Shown: positions 50,312 to 60,652, counted from the first letter of the whole stretch. The stretch: 63,191 nt of DNA, filler included, from Theionarchaea archaeon (GCA_018992565.1; 10 parts of 10 records of this genome joined end to end with filler, not necessarily neighbours in it), one strand, 5' to 3'. The notes: generated from the letters alone by a model not told the origin. Program-made: numbers and translations.

Positions 50312-51178
50312 ATGAAAGTCATTCTGGGGATAGTACTCATATTCCTGGTCCTGATGGTCACAGATGATTACACAGAACAGAGACAGGACATGGTGGAAAG
50401 GCAGATCCTGTCCAGGGGGATTACTGATGCTGAGACTATTAGCGCTATGATGAAGGTTCCACGTCATCTCTTTGTGCCAGATGATATGAGGAGCCAGGCT
50501 TATTTTGACTATCCTCTCCCTATTGGATATGGACAAACCATATCCCAGCCTTATATTGTCGCTTTAATGACCTCCTCTCTGCAGCTTGAAGGAAATGAGA
50601 CTGTCCTTGAGATTGGAACTGGCTCGGGTTACCAGGCTGCAGTGCTGGCAGAAATTGTCCACCACGTTTACACTATTGAAATAGTACCAGAATTGGCCCA
50701 GAGAGCTGAAGCTGTCCTGAAGGATCTGGAATACAGTAACGTCACTGTCAGGAATGCAGATGGATACTTCGGCTGGGAAGAAAACGGCCCGTATGATGCC
50801 GTAATGATCACTGCTGCTGTGGATCACATACCTCCTCCTCTGGTCAGCCAGCTCAGAGAGGACGGGAGACTCATCCTCCCTCTGGGCAACCCCCTCTACT
50901 ATCAGGCCCTTACCCTTGTGGAGAAACGAAATGGAGAGCTCTTTACTAGGCATGTCTGCGATGTGCAATTTGTCCCGCTGACTGGATTTGCCCAGGGACA
51001 ACACGTGGAAGAGGATCTCGATACCACAGGAGAGAAAGCAGAAGAAGAGAACGCTGATGAGAAGGAAAGAGCTGAACCAGGTGGATATACGCTCTGCAGC
51101 CCTGCAGTGGTGCTACTGGTGCTTGCGGGAGCAGTCATCATACTCTGGGCATTCAGTTCAAGAACCCTCAGCAAATAG
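50312..51178 (+). CDS. pcm: Protein-L-isoaspartate O-methyltransferase with N-terminal signal/anchor and C-terminal TM
   Basis: [31 protein letters not shown]; hydrophobic termini. Confidence 0.9.
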   Translation: MKVILGIVLIFLVLMVTDDYTEQRQDMVERQILSRGITDAETISAMMKVPRHLFVPDDMRSQAYFDYPLPIGYGQTISQPYIVALMTSSLQLEGNETVLEIGTGSGYQAAVLAEIVHHVYTIEIVPELAQRAEAVLKDLEYSNVTVRNADGYFGWEENGPYDAVMITAAVDHIPPPLVSQLREDGRLILPLGNPLYYQALTLVEKRNGELFTRHVCDVQFVPLTGFAQGQHVEEDLDTTGEKAEEENADEKERAEPGGYTLCSPAVVLLVLAGAVIILWAFSSRTLSK

Positions 51179-51233
51179 AAGCAGGCGCCAGGTAATTCTT
51201 CTGAAGTTGAATTCATGAAGTCAAACCACCTGC

Positions 51234-51325
51234 AAAAAAAGAAACGGGGGTCGCAATAGAGGTCTCCCTCCACCTTCCGGCACGACCCCAATACGGATGA
51301 GAGACTGAGGTACTGTCTTGGGCAC
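51234..51325 (-). ncRNA. Candidate small RNA
   Basis: Minus-strand CGAAAAC-TATATAAA promoter (51345-51359); GGGGTCG/CGACCCC stem with inner GAGG-GAGA-CCTC; U-tract. Ends estimated. Confidence 0.4.
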
Positions 51326-51507
51326 CCTTCCATGAATGTTTCCCTTTATATAGTTTTCGCTTGAAATCGATGTGAACTTACACATTTTACTTGCTATGCA
51401 TCTTTGGNNNNNNNNNNNNNNNNNNNNNNNNNNNNNNNNNNNNNNNNNNNNTTAATTAATTAANNNNNNNNNNNNNNNNNNNNNNNNNNNNNNNNNNNNN
51501 NNNNNNN

Positions 51508-52173
51508 CCGGTACAGGTTGTAGATACTCTCTCCCCTGGGCTGGACTACGCAAATGCTGCAAGCGTTCTCCCAGACATCATAACCAATAACCTTGACGGC
51601 ACCACAACTCTGACCTGGAACAACGTCGGCCCCTTAAACCCAGCAGATTATAGAATCATTACCTTTGCTGCCATCTTCAATGGTCTGGAATCCACAGCTC
51701 GTAACACAGTGGTTGCTACTGGAGAGCCTCCCGACCTGCCACCAGTCTCAGATGAGGGATCTGCAACTGTCAATGTGTCCACCCCTAACACACCATATCA
51801 GCCGAGTCTGTCTTACCAGCCTCTGGCACGCTATCTCAAAGACAATTGCTTCGAGGAGTTCAGGGATCTCATTGAACGGATAAGGAGCAGTGAGCCCACA
51901 TTAGAAGTCAATCCAAGAATTCCCTGCTGTCAGACCCTGGAAGATCTGGTGAAGCATTTAACGAGCCTGGTGTTGGATAAAGAATTGGACAAAGAGTACC
52001 CCGAGAAATGGCAGAGAGTCCAGGAACTGCTGCCTTTCGTGAGCGAATGCTGTGAAAATTCTGAGCAGTACTACAATGAGCAGAACTACGTCGCATCAAT
52101 TCACTGGAGTTATCAAAGGAATAAGGCATACAGAGAACTCATAGAAATCCTGCTGGAGATACTTGGGTTCTGA
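51508..52173 (+). CDS. C-terminal part of a probable surface protein (DUF11-like beta domain plus helical Cys-containing tail)
   Basis: Open frame from the gap: VVDTLSPGLDY..TLTWNNVGPL..ITF; T-rich terminator follows. Confidence 0.55.
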   Translation, partial: PVQVVDTLSPGLDYANAASVLPDIITNNLDGTTTLTWNNVGPLNPADYRIITFAAIFNGLESTARNTVVATGEPPDLPPVSDEGSATVNVSTPNTPYQPSLSYQPLARYLKDNCFEEFRDLIERIRSSEPTLEVNPRIPCCQTLEDLVKHLTSLVLDKELDKEYPEKWQRVQELLPFVSECCENSEQYYNEQNYVASIHWSYQRNKAYRELIEILLEILGF

Positions 52174-52541
52174 TTCCTTTTTTTCCTTTTCTTCATTCTT
52201 TTTTTTCGTTCTCTTGTTTTCAGAGCGTATGCAAAGCGAGGTGCTCACATGGTATAGTCTTCCATATCTTCTCTTCAAGAATGGTTAATGAACCAGTCCT
52301 GTGACAGTCTTTGACTACAAAACACAGTGAATCCTGATTCCCCTTTATTGTGAGAGGAGAGACACCAGGAGAGGTACCTACCAGAAGCCTGTACATGCTA
52401 TCTCTGCAGACTATTCTGGAGCGGAGGAGAAGCGATTGAAGTGGAGCACGATTCTGACTAGAAAAGGAAGCAAAAACCAGGGCTCCGCACATGATCACTA
52501 CAGGCAAAAGGAATTTATAACCATCCGAGATGATAACTAAT

Positions 52542-53645
52542 ATGGACCACATGCACCATTTCAACAAGAATGAAAAGAGCCTTCTCGCTGTCTTAGGCAA
52601 GAACCCAGAAATACCTTTAAAAGAGTTGGTTAATTACACAACATATAAACGGGCAAACTCCATAGTGAGAAAGATCGTCCATTTGAAGGAAAAAAGAGTA
52701 ATTTTTGGACCAAAATATTACATCGATCCTGGTAAATTGTGTAAGAATCCTCTCCACAGCATAATATGTGTTGTTGAGCTGGAAAAGCCTTATAACACGG
52801 TTATATCTTTCTTGAAATTGATCGAACCCTTGATCTCTGTGTATCCTATCCTGACATCTCACAAGGAAATCGTTCATGTAGCATTCCTCTCTTCTCATGA
52901 TTCCATGGTGGAGTCACTTCTCCAGTTGCTCAAAGAGAACAATATTATTGCTGGGTTCACCATCCGAATCCGGAACAAGAAAACATGTATTGAGAACCCT
53001 GATTTTTCGGGGGAGAGTGTTCCATCCCTTGACGGCCTGCTGGACTCATGCGAATTCCCCGATCTCTCTCTTGGGACATACACTACTGCATGGAATGAAT
53101 GTGATATTGCTGTATTGAATCAGGTGATAAGAGAGCGTGAAACTCCCAAATTGATTGATATTCTGAGAGAGGAACGAAAGAGGGGGAGTCCCTGGACATA
53201 TGAACAGATAAAATACTCCCATGCGAAGCTACGTGCTACTCATTTGATGACAAAGACCTTTTTCATATCCCCGTTTCCTATTGATCAATGTTCTGATTTC
53301 TATTTACATTTCAAGGCCACCAGCATGGAATACACCCAGAGGATACTGTACAACTTCGGCAAGGGAGGGAGACTCTACAAGGAATATACGCTCTGTGGCG
53401 AATGGGGAAGAATAGGATGCATCTGTCACCCCCGGCTGGCACTGGGATTGATGTATACGCTGGATGGAATTGACGAAATCACTCACAAGGAATTGTATCA
53501 CTTTCGCTCTTTCAACCATGTTATTGAACACCCAGGAGGAGATGCTGTGCTGAAGTACTACGATGTTGAAAGCCAGACGCTCCACTACCCGTACGACACA
53601 TTCCGGGAGAATATCAAGGAGAAAATTGATGAACTGAAAGAATAG
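52542..53645 (+). CDS. Uncharacterised HTH-containing protein, paralog of 1338-2474
   Basis: Co-linear similarity over the full length with 1338-2474; start inferred from TATA at 52514. Confidence 0.6.
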   Translation: MDHMHHFNKNEKSLLAVLGKNPEIPLKELVNYTTYKRANSIVRKIVHLKEKRVIFGPKYYIDPGKLCKNPLHSIICVVELEKPYNTVISFLKLIEPLISVYPILTSHKEIVHVAFLSSHDSMVESLLQLLKENNIIAGFTIRIRNKKTCIENPDFSGESVPSLDGLLDSCEFPDLSLGTYTTAWNECDIAVLNQVIRERETPKLIDILREERKRGSPWTYEQIKYSHAKLRATHLMTKTFFISPFPIDQCSDFYLHFKATSMEYTQRILYNFGKGGRLYKEYTLCGEWGRIGCICHPRLALGLMYTLDGIDEITHKELYHFRSFNHVIEHPGGDAVLKYYDVESQTLHYPYDTFRENIKEKIDELKE

Positions 53646-53698
53646 TAAGCGGGCTAGAACGCTCAGGACTTTACCCTACCTCATGGTGTATTCTCTCT

Positions 53699-54373
53699 TC
53701 ACTCTCGTAATTGCAGCTTGCTCTTCTTGGAAACCCTGTCATGGAGGAACTTGAGGCACCCAGCGACACTCACACCAGTGATGCTACAGGCTACTGCCAG
53801 AGTACCTGCCACTCCAACCTCATTCAAGGAACCTGATACCATGAACACAAGAAAGGAAGCAAGAGGGCCAAGGACTTCATCCCCAACAGAAGGGGAAGCA
53901 GGGCTTTCTACAGGAGTGAGGCTCCTCGTGGGGCTGGGACTGTCAACGGGAGCACTTGTTGGGACAGGAGTATCAGTTGAAAAGGGGTTGTTGGTTGAAA
54001 CGGGAGTATCCTCTGGAATGGGGGTATTGCTCGGTTGTGGGCTTTCTGTAGTGCCTGGGCTCTCAGGCGGGGCAGGAGGATCGGGATCAGGACTGTCAGT
54101 TTGGGAGGGAGGATGAGTTGGATGTGGTGGATGAGTTGGATGTGGTGGATGAGTTGGATGTGGTGGATGAGTTGGATGTGGTGGATGAGTTGGATGTGAA
54201 GGCTTGCCACCCCATTCAAGCTGCAACTTCGCCATAATACACTCCCATGAAAATACATTCTCCTCCTCTGCTTCTTGCCCGTCCTGTTCCAGAAGAAGAG
54301 TAACAGCAAGGACGCTGGCCCCAACATACACAGCAACCAGAATCCCACACAGCAATTCCTTTTTTGAGACCAT
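53699..54373 (-). CDS. Membrane-anchored His/Pro/Ser/Thr-rich protein
   Basis: N-terminal TM, (HPTHPP)x5, PST linker, hydrophobic C-terminus; GGAGG before MVSKK. Confidence 0.65.
   Translation of the reverse strand: MVSKKELLCGILVAVYVGASVLAVTLLLEQDGQEAEEENVFSWECIMAKLQLEWGGKPSHPTHPPHPTHPPHPTHPPHPTHPPHPTHPPSQTDSPDPDPPAPPESPGTTESPQPSNTPIPEDTPVSTNNPFSTDTPVPTSAPVDSPSPTRSLTPVESPASPSVGDEVLGPLASFLVFMVSGSLNEVGVAGTLAVACSITGVSVAGCLKFLHDRVSKKSKLQLRE
54111..54198. repeat. 18-bp tandem repeat GGATGAGTTGGATGTGGT, about 4.9 copies (coding)
   Basis: Identical units start at 54111, 54129, 54147, 54165 and 54183 (partial). Confidence 0.95.
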
Positions 54374-54645
54374 GCCTACTTCCTCCCATATCTCATGAAC
54401 TTCCCTGCCCTTCCCTGTTTGGCAGATGTTCCCGAGGTTCTTGCTTCTCACCACTCTGAGAGTGACTATTTTCTGTTATAGTGCAACTCAGATAGAGAAG
54501 GATGTGATATATGGATTAAGAACATATAAGGTTTTCTATCCAATANNNNNNNNNNNNNNNNNNNNNNNNNNNNNNNNNNNNNNNNNNNNTTAATTAATTA
54601 ANNNNNNNNNNNNNNNNNNNNNNNNNNNNNNNNNNNNNNNNNNNN

Positions 54646-55082
54646 ATCTGTGAAAACTCACCATATACGAGAGCATTGGTGGGGCAGGCAACGACACATG
54701 CAGGTCCTCCCATATTCCTGCATAGATCACACTTCACCATAATCTGTCCACGAGCATCGGGTTGAATAACTCCAATAGGACAGGCCACACTGCATGATCT
54801 GCACCCTATGCACAGTCCATCATCAATGACTACGATGCCATCCTCGCCTTTCTCAATAGCATCCACCGGGCAGGCTTCCACGCAGGGAGGAACCTCGCAG
54901 TGACGGCAGCTCATCACAACAGTCTGTGTGTCACCGCCTTTCAAGAAAATGCGAGTCCTGGGGAGAAGAGGTGCAGTAAGAGCCTGGTACACCGTGTCTG
55001 CATGAGACCATGCCATGGCACATGCTACTTCACAGTTGTGGCATGCCACACATCGCTCTGAATCATAATAAAGTGCTTTCAT
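54646..55082 (-). CDS. 4Fe-4S multicluster protein (CooF/HydN/DmsB-like), 3'-truncated
   Basis: CVACHNCEVAC, CRHCEVPPCVEACP, CIGCRSCSVACP, KCDLC..PACVVACP. Confidence 0.9.
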
Positions 55083-55353
55083 TCGGGAGCCCCTTCTGAT
55101 AGTACCTTTTAAATTTTACGCATGAAACATCTCCTGTTAGCCTCCCTGTTCTTCTTCTTATGAGGCAATGACTCTCTTGCGACAGACATTCAGGGTATGA
55201 AGTAGATATTTCCTATCACATCTTTTTCTACAAACCCTTGAAGTGACTCAGTGGTCAGAATGCTTTCCTCTCCATGGCTGATACATAAAGTCCATGAAAG
55301 TTCCAGAAAAACAAAAAAAAGAAAAATTCACAATTATTTTCGGCTGCACAAGA

Positions 55354-55437
55354 TCATGGCGCCATGGCGAGAGCACCCGCGCCAGCGGTGGAAGCCACAC
55401 AGGTAGAATCTGTGTAGTCCTCAACTCGGGGTTCCAT
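55354..55437 (-). CDS. 27-aa peptide MEPRVEDYTDSTCVASTAGAGALAMAP
   Basis: Perfect GGAGGTGA RBS 5 nt before the ATG; long U-tract downstream; structured leader upstream. Confidence 0.65.
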   Translation of the reverse strand: MEPRVEDYTDSTCVASTAGAGALAMAP

Positions 55438-55696
55438 TGGGTTCACCTCCTGCTCTTCTGTGCACCTGCCACGTACTGGAACCTCACAAGTCTTCTTGGG
55501 CTTAGATGTCTGGTTATCAGATAGCTGCAGTCGGCGTGAAATCACCCTTTTCATCGCATACACTCTCAGCTATCCATTTATTTCCTGGTCCCGGAACAGG
55601 TGACCTCTCTTCCAACCAGGGAAAAGTTTTTATGCTCATCTCCACCATATAATAACGCTAAGAGTTATTGATTAACAACGACGACCGAGGCGCACC

Positions 55697-56497
55697 ATGA
55701 GCAAACAACTACTTATCCACAAAGGTAAAGAAATGATGGCTGAGACAGGAGCAAGAGCTATGCTCGTGTATGTGGAATCAGATTCAGACCTCGAATTAGC
55801 CCCTGAGAACACCATTTTTGTGTATGATAACAAGAAATTCAGTGAGATCGATGAAACCGGAGTTCTCATCCCATTGAACCTGACTCCTGAAGAGAGAATG
55901 AACCTCGCCATAGCTGGAGCCATGGAAAAGGGGCTGCTTCACAAGAATGACAAAGTAGTATATGTGAATAATGACAGTATATCCATAAAGACAGTAAGAG
56001 AGCGAATGGATAAAGGTATTTACAAGATCCTGTTTACTGCACCGAACATTGATCCTGACGTGGTGAAAGAGGTCCTGGAAATTGCTGTAGAACTGGGGAA
56101 AAAAGGAAGGGAGGGAAAACCTGTGGGAAGCACGTTCATTATTGGAGATTCAGGAGAAGTCATGAACAGGTCAACCCAGATTACGTACAACCCTTTCCAG
56201 GGAAGCATGGTCAACATTCAGGACGACGTGGTGCGCAGTATGATAAAGGAGTATTCGAGGTTGGATGGAGCTTTCGTCATCAGTGGTAAGGGAAAGATAA
56301 TTGCTGCAGCACGATTTCTTGAATGCGGAAAAGAAGGAATTAAGATGCCTAAAGGATTGGGTGCCCGTCACATGGCTGCTGCATGGATGACCAAGAAAAC
56401 GGATAGTATTGGCGTGGTCCTCTCAGAATCAGACAATATGATTCGCATTTTCTGGGACGGTGAGATGATTGAAGAGCTCGATCCTGAGAAACTGTAG
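55697..56497 (+). CDS. dacZ: Diadenylate cyclase (DisA_N/DacZ type)
   Basis: GREGKPVG, LDGAFVI, GLGARHMAAA. Confidence 0.88.
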   Translation: MSKQLLIHKGKEMMAETGARAMLVYVESDSDLELAPENTIFVYDNKKFSEIDETGVLIPLNLTPEERMNLAIAGAMEKGLLHKNDKVVYVNNDSISIKTVRERMDKGIYKILFTAPNIDPDVVKEVLEIAVELGKKGREGKPVGSTFIIGDSGEVMNRSTQITYNPFQGSMVNIQDDVVRSMIKEYSRLDGAFVISGKGKIIAAARFLECGKEGIKMPKGLGARHMAAAWMTKKTDSIGVVLSESDNMIRIFWDGEMIEELDPEKL

Positions 56498-56500
56498 GAG

Positions 56501-57328
56501 GTGATTCTGATATCATTTGTTCAGGAATGGCTTGCACAGGTGATTGATCAACTGGAAGAACTGATCCCTCGATTGGTGAAATTCCTGGGGATTCTCATAG
56601 TCGCCTATGTTATCGGGAGGATTCTGGCCTGGTTAGTAGCCACAATACTCCGTAAGCTTGAGTTTGAACGGCTGACCAGGAAATCAGAAGCCGAGAGGAT
56701 TGCCCGGCGATTCGGCATGTCGTTGATTGGATTGATTGGACTCGTTGTCAAGTGGACCATCTACCTGATCGGACTGCAGATAGCTGTAGAAGCTGCAGGC
56801 CTGGAGATTCTGAATCGGTTGATGCGGGGAATTGTCAGTTATATGCCCAACTTGATTCTGGCTCTGGCGATCTTCATTGTAGGAATACTGATAGCTGAGA
56901 AAGTGGGCAACTTCGTGCAGGGTCTGGCTGAAGATGAGAAGGTCCCCCGATTCTGGATTCTGGGAAACCTAGTGCGCTATACGATATACCTGGTAGTGAT
57001 GATTATGGCCCTGTCCCAGCTGAAAATATCCACTGACGTCCTGATCATTGTCACAGGTTCCATCTTTGTTACCATTGGGTTAACAGTGGTTATCAGTCTG
57101 AGAGACATTGGACCCAACGTTGCTGCAGGGATTCATTTGCTGTACGAGAAAACACTGAATATTGGAGACACGGTCAAGGTCGGCGAATACGAGGGAATCA
57201 TTGAAGATATCGGCATTGTGAAATCCATCATAAAGAATGAAGAGGGAGAATTTGTGGTCATTCCTAATTCGCGGCTAATGAGAAGCACTATTATAAAACG
57301 GTTATCTTCTGGCGAGACACTGGAATAG
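56501..57328 (+). CDS. mscS: Small-conductance mechanosensitive channel family protein
   Basis: TM-helix repeats; NVAAGI, IGDTVKVGEYEG, VVIPNS. Confidence 0.85.
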   Translation: MILISFVQEWLAQVIDQLEELIPRLVKFLGILIVAYVIGRILAWLVATILRKLEFERLTRKSEAERIARRFGMSLIGLIGLVVKWTIYLIGLQIAVEAAGLEILNRLMRGIVSYMPNLILALAIFIVGILIAEKVGNFVQGLAEDEKVPRFWILGNLVRYTIYLVVMIMALSQLKISTDVLIIVTGSIFVTIGLTVVISLRDIGPNVAAGIHLLYEKTLNIGDTVKVGEYEGIIEDIGIVKSIIKNEEGEFVVIPNSRLMRSTIIKRLSSGETLE

Positions 57329-57760
57329 ACAAGTGCTTCTCCCCTTGTTCTGGATGAAAGGGATGAGTTCTGCACGACGTATTGAGATACATCTGTATTG
57401 ATTTTGTCATTCTACCTCTTTGGTGCTCTACTGGCATGGTATCACCTCCATCAAGATTGGTTAGTCTATTAGTCGTTCTGAGGGGGATTTAGTAATTAGT
57501 ACTGACTTAGTATGGATAAGTGCTCCTTCCTGCTCAGTAATAAAATATAATTCAGTATATAGACCAAAAAGTTTGTAATTGAGTATAGCAGGGAATGTTT
57601 TTTCCATCCGTTGTTCTCCGTGCTAATTCTAGTTTCGTTTCTCATTATCTATTGGTTTGCNNNNNNNNNNNNNNNNNNNNNNNNNNNNNNNNNNNNNNNN
57701 NNNNTTAATTAATTAANNNNNNNNNNNNNNNNNNNNNNNNNNNNNNNNNNNNNNNNNNNN

Positions 57761-59330
57761 AGACATCTACCCTGTTCAGATGGAATTCTCCAGTAAGATT
57801 ACTGCTGTGAGAGAAATCAATGAAGAATTGCCTGTGTACATTCTGCCAGGGTTCATAGACTCTCACATCCACATTGAGAGCTCTATGTTATGTCCTTCTC
57901 GGTTTGCAGAGGCCGTGGTCCCCAGAGGGACCACCTGTACCATTTCTGATCCTCACGAAATTGCCAACGTCATGGGCGTGAAAGGCATAGCTTACATGAT
58001 GGAAGACACCTCAGTACTCAAAGTGTACTATACTGCCCCCTCCTGTGTCCCTGCTACTCCTCACGAGACTGCTGGATCTGTTCTCACCGCACAGGATATC
58101 AGAGAATTATTTGCCACATACGGGTTGATTGCTCTTGGGGAAGTCATGAATTTCCCGGGAGTTGTCCGAGGAGATAAGGAAGTCCTTGAGAAACTTGAAA
58201 TAGCAGCCCAGTATGAGAAACCTATAGATGGCCATGCACCGGGGTTGTCAGGTGAATCCCTTCAGAGATATGTGTACTACGGGATCTCTACAGATCACGA
58301 ATGTACCACGCATGAGGAGGCTGAGGAAAAACAGAAGATGGGAATGAAGATCATGATTCGGGAGGGGACTGCCTCCAAGAATCTCAAAGACCTATTGGGT
58401 CTCAGGTTTGAATCCTGTTTTCTGGTATCGGATGATCTCCATCCTGAAGATCTCGTGAAAGGACATATTGATAGCCTGTTAGAAAAGGCAGTTTCCTACG
58501 GCATTGATCCAGTGGATGCAGTGAAAATGGTAACCATTAATCCAGCCTGTCACTACAATTTGAATGCAGGTGCTCTTTCACCAGGAAGAGACGCTGACAT
58601 CGTTATCGTTGACAATTTGAAGACATTTTCCGTGAAAAAAGTATTTATCAATGGGGAGCTTGTGGCACAGGATGGGAACCCTCTGTTTTCAGTTAATCCC
58701 GCCCCATTGCAGACCACATTGAGGGTGCAGAAGAAGATTCCTGAAGATTTTGCTATCCCGTGTGAAGGAGATGATTCTGTTACGGTCAGGGTCATCAGAA
58801 TAATAGAAGACCAGCTATACACTGCTGCAGAAAAGTGTGTAGTACCCTGTTCAGAGGGGGAAATTCTCCCGGATGTAGCCCAGGATATACTCAAATTGGT
58901 GGTGGTGGAGCGGTACGGGCACAACAGGATAGGAAAAGGGCTTGTCAAAGGATTTAGACTGAAAAGAGGAGCTCTTGCTACAAGTGTTGCTCATGATTCT
59001 CACAATATCATTGCAGCAGGGGTTTCTGACACTGCTCTTGCCCAGGCAGTGAATGCAGTTATTGAATGTGGGGGTGGCATTGCAGCCTGTGACACTGCAT
59101 GCAGGAAGCTGGAATTGCCAATAGCAGGGCTCATGTCTCAAGAACCTTTGAACACGGTGGCCAGAGCCCATACGACAGTGCGAGACTATGCAGGTGATCT
59201 GGGGTGTGTATTAGAGAATCCATTCATGCAGCTGTCATTCCTTGCTTTACTGGTTATCCCTGAGCTGAAGCTCTCTGACAAGGGGCTCTTTGATGTGAAC
59301 ACTTTTTCTTTTGTTGATGTGATTATATGA
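57761..59330 (+). CDS. ade: Adenine deaminase (true start at 37792 on the overlapping contig)
   Basis: PGFIDSHIHIESS, DPHEIANV, DGHAP, TDHEC, SVAHDSHN. Confidence 0.95.
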
Positions 59331-60382
59331 TGGAATTCACTGAAGGAAAAGCAGTTATCAACGTTCCCGAATTTGAAAAAATCACCTCCAGAACTGAAGT
59401 ATTTTACAATCCTCACATGGCATACGATCGCGAGCTGTCTCTCGCTATATTCAAGGCCTCGCAGAAGGAAGAGGTTTGTGATGCTTTTTCCGGGTCAGGG
59501 ATACGGGCGATCCTGTATGCCCTGGAAGGAGCTCATGTCACTGCCAACGATACGAATCCGTGCGCTATTACCTGTATAAAGGAGAATGCAGAATTGAATA
59601 ACGTCTCATTGACCATATGCAATGAGGACGCCAACCTCCTGTTGAGGAGAGGAACCTATGACGTTGTTGATGTAGACCCTTTTGGGTCTCCTGCCTACTA
59701 TCTGGATTCAGTAGTCAAGGGGCTGGGCTATGATTCTTACCTTTTTGTCACCGCCACAGATATACGGGCTCTCTGTGGTTTCTCGAAAAAAGCTGCTCTC
59801 CGGAAGTATGGCGTTAAAACTGTGAAGACTCCCTTTTCCAAAGAATTGGGAGTGAGAGTGCTGGTCACTGCAATTCTCAGGGAGGGGGCCAAGTACGGGA
59901 TAGGGTTTGAGGTTTTGTTTTCCTACTGGAAAAGGCATTATATCAGGGTGTTCTTGCACGCTCAGCACAGTAAGACAGCTGCTTTCACCTGTATGGACCA
60001 GGTGAATCCTGTTTACGTGTGTTTATGCGGCTGGTTTTCTACTCGTACAACAGAATGCTGCCCGTATTGTGGAAGAGAGACTCAGGCAATCACTTCTGTA
60101 TACCTGGGACCAATTAAGTGTACTCCCTTTCTGAGTACTATCTCAGGACATGATCTTGTCGATCGAGGAAAGAAGGAGCTTGATACTCCATTTTACTATG
60201 ATACTCATTATCTCGCTTCCTTTCACGGGGTTCAGCCACCGAAGGTGAAGGACCTCATTGAAGCCCTTGCGAAGAGAGGTCATGCAGCTTCCAGTACCAT
60301 TTTTTGTTCTACTGCGGTGAAAAGTGATGCGCCTTTTGGTGAGGTTGTGAAGACGTGTCGTGACCTGCAGACTACACCATGA
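59327..60382 (+). CDS. trm1: tRNA (guanine-26-N2,N2)-dimethyltransferase
   Basis: VFYNPHM, SGSGIRAILY, VDVDPFGSP, VTATD, HYIRVF. Confidence 0.92.
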   Translation: MMEFTEGKAVINVPEFEKITSRTEVFYNPHMAYDRELSLAIFKASQKEEVCDAFSGSGIRAILYALEGAHVTANDTNPCAITCIKENAELNNVSLTICNEDANLLLRRGTYDVVDVDPFGSPAYYLDSVVKGLGYDSYLFVTATDIRALCGFSKKAALRKYGVKTVKTPFSKELGVRVLVTAILREGAKYGIGFEVLFSYWKRHYIRVFLHAQHSKTAAFTCMDQVNPVYVCLCGWFSTRTTECCPYCGRETQAITSVYLGPIKCTPFLSTISGHDLVDRGKKELDTPFYYDTHYLASFHGVQPPKVKDLIEALAKRGHAASSTIFCSTAVKSDAPFGEVVKTCRDLQTTP

Positions 60383-60473
60383 AGCTCTCATCTCCTGAAT
60401 ACCACAAGAATCACATCTGAACATAACCACACGACTCAACAAGGTTTATATTTACCCTTGGCAATTGTCATGC

Positions 60474-60552
60474 ATGGACATTTCCCAGATTCTCCAGAAC
60501 GGGGAAACTTCCAATATTGAGTTCAAATCCACGCTTACAAGTGAGCATCTGG
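60474..60552 (+). CDS. AlbA_2/Schlafen-like domain protein, N-terminal fragment
   Basis: MDISQILQNGETSNIEFKS matches the GE..xEFK signature; truncated by gap. Confidence 0.6.
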
Positions 60553-60652
60553 NNNNNNNNNNNNNNNNNNNNNNNNNNNNNNNNNNNNNNNNNNNNTTAA
60601 TTAATTAANNNNNNNNNNNNNNNNNNNNNNNNNNNNNNNNNNNNNNNNNNNN

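Noticed and set aside
54111..54198. Possible CRISPR array
   Set aside because: Head-to-tail 18-bp units with no spacers, in frame within a CDS; no cas genes in the window
55354..55356. Selenocysteine or pyrrolysine read-through of the small peptide stops
   Set aside because: No SECIS-like element or pyl/sel genes seen; downstream sequence runs into U-tract terminators
57460..57520. Several TTAGT pentamers in an AT-rich intergenic stretch
   Set aside because: Irregular spacing and truncated context at a contig end; cannot be told from chance
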